From contig JAEEUY010000194.1 of the NCBI GenBank assembly GCA_016290715.1, forward strand, positions 1 to 42,143: a stretch of 42,143 bases of DNA, read 5' to 3'. Shown here one piece after another: positions 35,328 to 42,143 of the stretch. The translations under genes were made by a program, and so were the position numbers. Each line of letters begins with the position of its first letter. The stretch's first letter is position 1. The notes beneath the pieces are model-generated. The model did not search any database. It was not told where the DNA came from and saw nothing but the letters and a program-made list of their open reading frames with translations. The DNA is from Bacteroidales bacterium (GTDB taxonomy: Bacteria > Bacteroidota > Bacteroidia > Bacteroidales > WCHB1-69).

Positions 35328-37103
35328 ATGCAGAACCTGTTTCACCCATTTGTATTACCTTTTGTTTTAGGGACAATTATTCTATTTGCCATCTGCATCT
35401 GGAAATTCATACGATGGTTCCGTCATTTTGACAGATTACAACGCGCCATTCTCAGAAAAAATATCTTCTCTTGGAAAATCATCCCTGCCTTGTGGGAGGC
35501 CTTTCGCGAAGGATTATTACACATACGTATTTCACGTCAAAATCTCATTCTCGGATACATGCACCGCAGTATCGCCTTCGGGTGGTTTTTGCTCATTGTA
35601 GTAGGCTTTTTTGAAGCACACCTCACCCCTCTCAACTCACACCCTGTTTGGTTAGCGATTTTTTACCGCTTCTTTATCCATGAACATCACTTGTTCGCCT
35701 CCTCTGAAGTTTTCACTTTCATTATGGACCTGCTGCTACTCTATGTTTTATCAGGGATTTTCATTGCATTCTGCAAAAAAATCTACTCAAAAGCAGTAGG
35801 CATGAAAAAAACGACCAAGCATGTGCTTTTTGACCATTTTGCCAAGGTGTCTTTATGGGCCATTTTCCCTTTGCGACTTTTATCAGAATCGTTGGCCGCA
35901 AACGTATATCAAAACGGAGGATTTTTAACACAAAGTATAGGGAATTTCTTCAGTCCATGGTTCGCAGAAACATTTCTAACAACCTCGTGGACAATGTATT
36001 CCATTGCATTAGGCACCTTCTTTGTAGCACTTCCATTCTCAAGATACATGCACATTTTCACAGAAATCATCTTGATTTATTTCCGTCAAATGGGTGTGCA
36101 CGAACATTTGGAAAGAACAGGTTATACGATGTACGAACTGAATGCATGCTCCCGTTGCGGAATCTGCATTGATAACTGTCCTCTAAACAAAGACTTAAAC
36201 ATCACCAATGTTCAACCCGTGTACTTTTTAAGGGACCTTCGATACAAAAGAGGCACTGATGCCGTAGCTGACAACTGCCTGCTGTGTGGTCGTTGCGATG
36301 CCGCATGCCCCGTTAACATTGACCTTTTGGCTATTCGGCAACAAGAAAGAAACAAGCGGGAACAAGATCATTGCGACTACTCATATTTAAATAATATTCA
36401 ACCATTTAACGCTATCGGTCGCGTTGGTTTCTTCGGTGGTTGTATGTCACACCTCACCCCCGGCATTACCGAATCCATGAAAGCCATTTTTGAAGAAGTT
36501 GAACAAAAATACTGGTTCTTAGATGAAGAACGAACTATCTGCTGTGGAAGACCATTAATGCAACAGGGGTATTTGGAACAAGCTGCTGAGTTGCGCCGAA
36601 AAAACAGTGAACTGATCAAAAAATCAAAAATTTCGGTTCTCATCACCTCCTGCCCCATCTGCTACCAATCATTCAAGAATGAGTACAAGCTCTCCATTCC
36701 CATCATGCACCATACTGAATATATCATGAAGTTGCTGGAAACAGGGAAACTCAAACTTCGTAAAGATGACTTGCGGACCGTTTATCACGACCCTTGTGAA
36801 TTAGGAAGAGGCTGTGGCATTTATAAAGAACCCCGCCAAATTCTCAAAAAAGCCACTCATTTGGTAAAAGCCAAACATGAAAAAGAAGAAAGCATCTGCT
36901 GCGGTATCAATTTGGGAGACACATTGATTGACATTCGCCAACAAACCCAAATCCGTGATGCGGCAATGAATAATCTGATGTATAAAAATCCCGATCAAAT
37001 TTGTACGGCTTGCCCGATGTGCAAACGTGCTTTCAACCATGCGACAGATTTTCCGGTAAAGGATATTGCAGAGATTGTTAGGGAAAATATGATCAAAAAA
37101 TAA
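35328..37103 (+). CDS. Fusion protein: NarI/DsrM/HdrE-like membrane b-type cytochrome domain + DsrK/HdrD-like domain (two 4Fe-4S motifs + two CCG domains)
   Basis: 591 aa. The first ~260 aa have about 5 TM helices with His pairs at opposite helix ends (GYMHRS...FFEAH; SRYMHIF...GVHEH). Then come CSRCGICIDNCP and CLLCGRCDAACP. CCG domain 1 is GGCMSH...TICCGRP...TSCPICY and CCG domain 2 is HDPCELGRG...SICCGIN...TACPMC. Confidence 0.75.
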   Translation: MQNLFHPFVLPFVLGTIILFAICIWKFIRWFRHFDRLQRAILRKNIFSWKIIPALWEAFREGLLHIRISRQNLILGYMHRSIAFGWFLLIVVGFFEAHLTPLNSHPVWLAIFYRFFIHEHHLFASSEVFTFIMDLLLLYVLSGIFIAFCKKIYSKAVGMKKTTKHVLFDHFAKVSLWAIFPLRLLSESLAANVYQNGGFLTQSIGNFFSPWFAETFLTTSWTMYSIALGTFFVALPFSRYMHIFTEIILIYFRQMGVHEHLERTGYTMYELNACSRCGICIDNCPLNKDLNITNVQPVYFLRDLRYKRGTDAVADNCLLCGRCDAACPVNIDLLAIRQQERNKREQDHCDYSYLNNIQPFNAIGRVGFFGGCMSHLTPGITESMKAIFEEVEQKYWFLDEERTICCGRPLMQQGYLEQAAELRRKNSELIKKSKISVLITSCPICYQSFKNEYKLSIPIMHHTEYIMKLLETGKLKLRKDDLRTVYHDPCELGRGCGIYKEPRQILKKATHLVKAKHEKEESICCGINLGDTLIDIRQQTQIRDAAMNNLMYKNPDQICTACPMCKRAFNHATDFPVKDIAEIVRENMIKK

Positions 37104-37115
37104 ATATTTACGGTT

Positions 37116-38171
37116 ATGACGAAAAGATATTGGAATGAGTATCAAAAGGAAATAGCTGACGACCATTACTTCTACGAAAGAAGTTGCATCCGTCAAACCT
37201 TTTTTCCCGGTTCTGAAACGGCATTTTTGAAAATCATGCGTGACGAACTGCACAAAGATATCTATGATGAAGAGAACCAACATACCTGTACAGGCATCGG
37301 CTATCATAGCGATATTGTTCCTTTGGAGACCACCATGACTGTTGTGGCACGCCTGTTTTCTTTGATGAACGCAGCGGGTTATACCAACTACGTGCCTTCT
37401 TGCGTTACCTCTTTCGGTATTTTTACCGAGATGGTGGAAATATGGAAACATAACCCCGCCATGCTCGAAAAAACCCGTGAATATTTGAGAAAAGCCACTG
37501 GAAGGGAATTTGAACCTCCAGCGAATTTGGTGCATCCTTCTGATATTATCTATAAATTCCGGATGGAATTGAAAGAAAAGATGAAATATCAGTTGGTTAA
37601 CAGATTTACAGGAAAACCCTTGCGCGCTGTGGAACATGTAGGCTGCCACTATGCCAAAATCTTTCCCGAAAAGGGAATCGGCAAATCAGAATTCCCTCAC
37701 GTATTAGTAGGGATGATTGAAGCATGGGGCGGTGAAGTAATCGACTACCCTGAACGCCGTCATTGCTGCGGCTTCGGATTCCGCCACTATTTGCTCCAAG
37801 AAAATCGCGGATATTCGGTTGCCAATTCCAAAAAGAAATTTGAATCCATGGAACCCTACGAACCCGATTTTATCCTCACCAACTGTCCGGGATGTGCCAT
37901 GTTTATGGATAAATGGCAATACACCATTGCCGAAATGGAAAACAAAACCTACGACAAAGAAGGATATGGAATCCCCGTACTCACCTACGAAGAACTGACT
38001 GGACTCCTCCTCGGCTACGACCCTTGGAAATTAGGGCTCCAATTACATCAGGTGCAATCTGAAAACTTACTCAATAAAATAGGAATCAAGTATAATCCTG
38101 ACGAAAAATATCGTGGTGCCGACGGTCAAATACTGCCGATTCCTAACAGACCCAAATTTTTGAAACAATAA
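37116..38171 (+). CDS. HdrB-like protein with one degenerate and one intact CCG domain
   Basis: 351 aa. The N-terminal domain reads RSCIRQTF...HTCTGIG...PSCVTSF, with CCG changed to CTG and CxxC changed to CxxS. The C-terminal domain VGCHYAK...RRHCCGFG...TNCPGCAMF keeps the full C-CCG-CxxC pattern. Confidence 0.7.
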   Translation: MTKRYWNEYQKEIADDHYFYERSCIRQTFFPGSETAFLKIMRDELHKDIYDEENQHTCTGIGYHSDIVPLETTMTVVARLFSLMNAAGYTNYVPSCVTSFGIFTEMVEIWKHNPAMLEKTREYLRKATGREFEPPANLVHPSDIIYKFRMELKEKMKYQLVNRFTGKPLRAVEHVGCHYAKIFPEKGIGKSEFPHVLVGMIEAWGGEVIDYPERRHCCGFGFRHYLLQENRGYSVANSKKKFESMEPYEPDFILTNCPGCAMFMDKWQYTIAEMENKTYDKEGYGIPVLTYEELTGLLLGYDPWKLGLQLHQVQSENLLNKIGIKYNPDEKYRGADGQILPIPNRPKFLKQ

Positions 38172-38186
38172 TATAAAACCTTGAAT

Positions 38187-39206
38187 ATGAAAAAAATAGC
38201 AGTTATCGGAGCAGGACCTGCAGGAATTGAAGCCTCCTATATTTTAGCTTCAAATAATTTTGAAGTAACTCTATTTGAAAAATCCTCCTCCCCTTTATCC
38301 AACATTTTGGATAAGGCATACCTATTTCCTGATTTTTCTTCTGCTACAGAGTTGGCTGATAAGTTAAGTGCCAAGTTATTGCAGAAAAATATTCAAGTGG
38401 TTTTGGATAAAGAGATAGTAGATATAAAAAAAGATGGGGATATCTATAAATTAATTGACAAAGAAGAGAAATCACATATAGCCGATGCTGTGCTTATTGC
38501 CACCGGGTACACCATCTTTGATGCCCATCGTAAAGAGGAATACGGTTATGGTATTTACAAAGGGGTCGTCACCTCATTGGATTTGGAAAAAATGATCCGC
38601 CACAAACAGATATTCAACTCCATTGGAGATATTCCTTCACGAATTACTTTCTTACAATGTGTGGGATCCCGTGATGAGAAATCGGGGAATAACTACTGCT
38701 CAAAAGTATGTTGTGTTACCGCCGTGAAACAAGCGATTGAAGTTCGTAAAGCATTGCCCGATGCTGAAATATACATTTTTTATATGGATTTGAGAATGTG
38801 GGGGCAAGGGTTTGAGGAACTCTACCGTGAAGCACAGGAAAAATACGACATCCGTTTTGTCCGTGGCCGTATTTCAGAAGCCTCTGCCACCTTTGACGGG
38901 AAAGTACAAATCAAATCAGAGGACACATTAATTGGCCAACCTCTTAAAATGAACACTGATTTATTGGTTCTGATGGCGGGAATGGAGCCTTCACAGGGGA
39001 CCAAAACCATTGGTAAAAACTGCCATATTGGAGGAGAATACCAGTTTATTTCCTCTCAGGGAGCACACATACAAGATAATTTAACCACTATGGAAGGCAT
39101 TTACGTAGCTGGCACAGCCAAACGTCCCATGAGCATCCGCGACACCCTGACCGATGCCGATTCCGCTGCCGTACAAATCATGATGGATCTAGGAGAGAAA
39201 TTATAG
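38187..39206 (+). CDS. Minimal HdrA-like FAD flavoprotein with one 4Fe-4S site (340 aa)
   Basis: I prefer ATG 38187 (MKKIAVIGAGPAGIEAS, a GxGxxG motif) over the track's TTG 38181. LQCVGSRDEKSGNNYCSKVCCVTAVKQA matches the HdrA/QmoA cluster-binding signature. The C-terminus has the GIYVAGTA...D FAD motif. It has no ferredoxin-domain CxxCxxCxxxCP motifs. Confidence 0.72.
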   Translation: MKKIAVIGAGPAGIEASYILASNNFEVTLFEKSSSPLSNILDKAYLFPDFSSATELADKLSAKLLQKNIQVVLDKEIVDIKKDGDIYKLIDKEEKSHIADAVLIATGYTIFDAHRKEEYGYGIYKGVVTSLDLEKMIRHKQIFNSIGDIPSRITFLQCVGSRDEKSGNNYCSKVCCVTAVKQAIEVRKALPDAEIYIFYMDLRMWGQGFEELYREAQEKYDIRFVRGRISEASATFDGKVQIKSEDTLIGQPLKMNTDLLVLMAGMEPSQGTKTIGKNCHIGGEYQFISSQGAHIQDNLTTMEGIYVAGTAKRPMSIRDTLTDADSAAVQIMMDLGEKL

Positions 39207-39234
39207 ATAAAATTACTGCAAATCTGCCCAGTGC

Positions 39235-40323
39235 TTACTCAAACAACACCTTTCTGAACTTTTCCACCACTGCTGCTTCCGAATACTTTTCCAAAAACAT
39301 CTGACGCGAATAGACATTGAAACGGGGGCGGGGATGATTCTCAAAGTCCTTGATGCAAGAGATGAATTCCTCTGCCGTATTGCATTTTCCCCCTACCTTG
39401 TCGTAATCCACCTCATACCCGACAAAAGCCTCGTCGGTGGCGATGATATTTTTCCCGTACATCAGACTTTCGCAAGTTTTCACCTTCATGCCACTGCCTT
39501 TAAATATAGGAAGTATCATCATGTCGGCCTCCTCAAAATAAGGCAACAAATCCGGGGCATCGCTAATTACTTCTATATCTTTCATAACAGGCTCTTCTGC
39601 TTTCAGACGTGCCATTCCCTTGCCAACCACGCGCATCCGAATATTTACATAAGGAAGCACCTTTTTCACAAACCAGACAATACCTTCATTGTTTGGGGGA
39701 AAATAAGCACCTAAGAAAAGACATAAAGGTTGTACAGCGGTACTTTCTGTATAATATTGTTCTTTTAAATATTTGTCTTTGAAAGCCACAGGAATCAGCA
39801 CATCCGCATGTCGCCCGTAACGTTTGAAGAGTTCCTTGTCATCGCGCGGATTCAGGGCAATCGTTTTATCAGAATACTGGCACGCATAACGGTCGTTCTG
39901 GTCAATGCAGCGCAAAATGAATCCTTTCCCCAATTTGTTCCCTAATTTTGCTTCAAAATAAGGCACTTCCACATTATGGAAGAAGGAAATGACTCTACCC
40001 TTATAATTCGCCTGTTTTAATTTTTTTGCGATAATGCCGAACACACTACGATCAATGAAAACCACATCATACGACATTGCCAACGACACCATTTCTTTGA
40101 CACGCTTAGGTGTCAGACCGAAATAGTAGTTGAGCGGGAAATAGAGAATTCCCTTGGCATAATCCCAAACAGACTTTTTTCGGTTCTCATCGTGAATATA
40201 GTATGTGGCAACATTCTCTTCACCAACCAATTGTGATAACACATTATAGTTCTTTTGGCTGCCCTGCTCGCCGCCTTCCAGAATGTTTTTGGATTTTTTA
40301 TAACGGATGAAAAGGATATTCAT
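39235..40323 (-). CDS. Glycosyltransferase, GT-B fold (family 1/4-like)
   Basis: 362 aa. The C-terminal half (ADMMILPIFKGSGMKVKTCESLMYGKNIIATDEAFVGY) shows the E-x7-E-type GT1/GT4 sugar-donor region. Confidence 0.65.
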   Translation of the reverse strand: MNILFIRYKKSKNILEGGEQGSQKNYNVLSQLVGEENVATYYIHDENRKKSVWDYAKGILYFPLNYYFGLTPKRVKEMVSLAMSYDVVFIDRSVFGIIAKKLKQANYKGRVISFFHNVEVPYFEAKLGNKLGKGFILRCIDQNDRYACQYSDKTIALNPRDDKELFKRYGRHADVLIPVAFKDKYLKEQYYTESTAVQPLCLFLGAYFPPNNEGIVWFVKKVLPYVNIRMRVVGKGMARLKAEEPVMKDIEVISDAPDLLPYFEEADMMILPIFKGSGMKVKTCESLMYGKNIIATDEAFVGYEVDYDKVGGKCNTAEEFISCIKDFENHPRPRFNVYSRQMFLEKYSEAAVVEKFRKVLFE

Positions 40324-40358
40324 TACAGGAAAACTTGCGTATAATAACTTTACATTAT

Positions 40359-42143
40359 TTATTTTTGGGCGCCAATAATTTCTTTTCTTTTTCTCACTAC
40401 CCTATAAATTCCACAGCCTACAATTCCTAATATTGTGAGATAAATAATGTATGAACACACCACCGACACCTTACCCCATTTCTCCACCGTAGCAGGACGG
40501 AACTCAAAACGAATATGGTGTTGTCCGGCAGGCACGTTCATGGCGCGCAATGCATAGTTTGCTCTGAAATGATCGGCAGGTTGCCCGTCAATATATGCAT
40601 TCCATCCGTATGGATAATAGATTTCAGAGAAAACAGCAATACCATCCTTCGCCGCAGTGTAGTCATATTCCACATAATCGGGGGCATATTTGGTTAACTT
40701 TATTTTGGCTGTCTCATCGTAACTTGGATTAACATCCTTCACAAAATCTGCGAACTTGACATCCGTCACCAAAGTATTATGCAAATTAATCGTTTTCAAA
40801 GCATCCGATTCTTCATTGGGGTTATTCACCACAACAACGGAATCCACGAACCATGCATTCCCGAAAGCGTTAGGATTCTCTACCACCATAGGCTGATCGT
40901 TTCCTACCACGGCATATTTCATATTCAGCATATTCAGTACCGGATAATCAGTGGTGTCGCTGGGCAAAAAGAACAACTGATCTCCCGTTTGACGGATAGA
41001 TTTCAGCATGGCATTTGTTTCATCAAAAATATGAGCATCTATCAAATCCTGATAACGACGCAACTTTGCCGCATGGTATCCCCCAATAGACTTAAAACGA
41101 TAAGAGGTTCTCGAATCATTAAATGGTCCTTGTGGATTCGTAATATTATAGACACGATAACTCGGATCATCTTTAGAGCGAGACAAGATTTCTGTTTCCC
41201 ATGGTTGTTCTGCAAAATAGTTTTTATCCTGTTTTTGACTGACAAAATTGCTATCATTAAAGAATTTACGGTCAATTGTCCACATATCTGCCAACACCAA
41301 AACCCCTAAAATAGCCACAAAATATCCGAACTTAAGTTTTTCGGAGACATACAACCAAACCAATCCTGCCCCTAATAACACAAAAATAAGAGAACGAAAA
41401 GCACTGGCACGATAAATAGAAGCCCGCTCGGCAACAATCGCAGAAGAAAGCCACTCAGGCCATTGAGCGAAAATATCCGCATCACGCCCCCAAGAATAAT
41501 CCAAAAAGAAGCTGGCTATCAACGCAAACACACATAACCCTGCCGTAATACCAGCGGATATATATATTTTTTGTATCATCTGCTTTTTATCGTATGTTTT
41601 TTGCTGCTTTTGATCCATTATTTCCTTTAAAGCCAAAAAGCCCAATAATGGAATAGTGATCTCAGCAACCACCAATATGGATTCTACCGCTCGGAATTTG
41701 GTGTACATCGGGAAATATTGGGCAAAAAATTCTGTCAAAGGCATAAAATTATACCCCCAAGAAAGTAAAATCGAGAAAATAGTCGCAACCAGCAATGCCC
41801 ATTTATAAGGACCTTTTACAATTAACAGACCCAAAACAAAAAGGAAGCAGACAATAGCCCCCACATAAACAGGTCCCGAAGTGCCTTCATCGCCGCCCCA
41901 ATAGGTAGGCATTCCTTTGCAGTATTCAGCGGCTTGCCGTTTGGGCATTCCATTGTGCACCATTGCACTATACACCTTTGAATCGGTTCCCACATTATAG
42001 GCAGAAGCATACCCTCTGGCACCCGGAATAAGCAGCGTTGCCGTTTCTCCTACTCCATAGCTATATTGGGTAATATAAGACAAACTCAAACCACTCGTTT
42101 TATTGATGGCATCTTCTTCTTTTGCCAATTCTGAATGACCGCC
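40359..42143 (-). CDS. YfhO-family polytopic membrane protein (putative glycosyl-transfer/glycopolymer modification), N-terminus beyond the right window edge
   Basis: The frame stays open upstream of the track's TTG 42128 to base 42143 (..GGHSELAKEED..). There are multiple TM helices, then a large extracytoplasmic domain. The C-terminus EIYYPYGWNAYIDGQPADHFRANYALRAMNVPAGQHHIRFEFRP plus a final TM helix is the typical YfhO ending. Confidence 0.65.
   Translation of the reverse strand, partial: GGHSELAKEEDAINKTSGLSLSYITQYSYGVGETATLLIPGARGYASAYNVGTDSKVYSAMVHNGMPKRQAAEYCKGMPTYWGGDEGTSGPVYVGAIVCFLFVLGLLIVKGPYKWALLVATIFSILLSWGYNFMPLTEFFAQYFPMYTKFRAVESILVVAEITIPLLGFLALKEIMDQKQQKTYDKKQMIQKIYISAGITAGLCVFALIASFFLDYSWGRDADIFAQWPEWLSSAIVAERASIYRASAFRSLIFVLLGAGLVWLYVSEKLKFGYFVAILGVLVLADMWTIDRKFFNDSNFVSQKQDKNYFAEQPWETEILSRSKDDPSYRVYNITNPQGPFNDSRTSYRFKSIGGYHAAKLRRYQDLIDAHIFDETNAMLKSIRQTGDQLFFLPSDTTDYPVLNMLNMKYAVVGNDQPMVVENPNAFGNAWFVDSVVVVNNPNEESDALKTINLHNTLVTDVKFADFVKDVNPSYDETAKIKLTKYAPDYVEYDYTAAKDGIAVFSEIYYPYGWNAYIDGQPADHFRANYALRAMNVPAGQHHIRFEFRPATVEKWGKVSVVCSYIIYLTILGIVGCGIYRVVRKRKEIIGAQK

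Noticed and set aside
36801-37649. 282-aa minus-strand ORF spanning the junction of the fusion gene and the HdrB-like gene
   Set aside because: It is antisense to two CDSs with strong, recognisable motifs. It crosses their intergenic gap. Its sequence is His/Phe/Arg-rich with no domain signature. It is a typical shadow ORF.
1-42143. CRISPR arrays, rRNA genes, IS elements, toxin-antitoxin pairs and classical defence genes (nucleases, helicases, methyltransferases acting on DNA)
   Set aside because: I scanned by eye for regularly spaced direct repeats and for the characteristic protein motifs, and found none. The only regular repeats are the tRNA-Gly duplication, the octamer array at 26332..26363 and the protein-level SprB repeats.

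Overview
This is a chromosomal segment of a Bacteroidota-type genome. The evidence is recurring TAnnTTTG -7 promoter boxes about 25-100 nt upstream of first genes, both T9SS C-terminal sorting-domain types, a Na+-NQR operon, tightly packed or overlapping genes, and FISUMP and SprB-repeat surface proteins. I count 39 protein-coding genes (two truncated by the window edges) and 3 tRNA genes on the minus strand: two identical tandem tRNA-Gly(GCC) and one tRNA-Leu(TAA). I saw no rRNA, CRISPR array, transposase, integrase or phage genes. Most of the window is housekeeping: aqpZ, tsaB, a Dus-family gene, hsp20, rfaE2, rluD, rlmI, aroB, nqrABCDEF, rpsO-pnp and nadA. Three regions look accessory. The first is a seven-gene minus-strand array at 3.1-7.8 kb made mostly of lipoproteins or secreted proteins. 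The second is a surface-protein block at 25.2-33.3 kb: two FISUMP-domain proteins of atypical composition and a 1638-aa SBBP/PKD/SprB-repeat adhesin with a type-B T9SS domain. The third, at 34.3-39.2 kb, is my best candidate for an undescribed system. It is a five-gene heterodisulfide-reductase-like operon with two HdrC-like ferredoxins, a NarI/DsrM-like di-heme membrane domain fused to a DsrK/HdrD-like double-CCG domain, an HdrB-like protein with one degenerate CCG site, and a minimal HdrA-like flavoprotein. No known partner genes (LbpA, DsrC, Apr, Mvh/Flx, Etf) lie nearby. All family calls come from motif recognition by eye, no database search was possible, and novelty is unverified.
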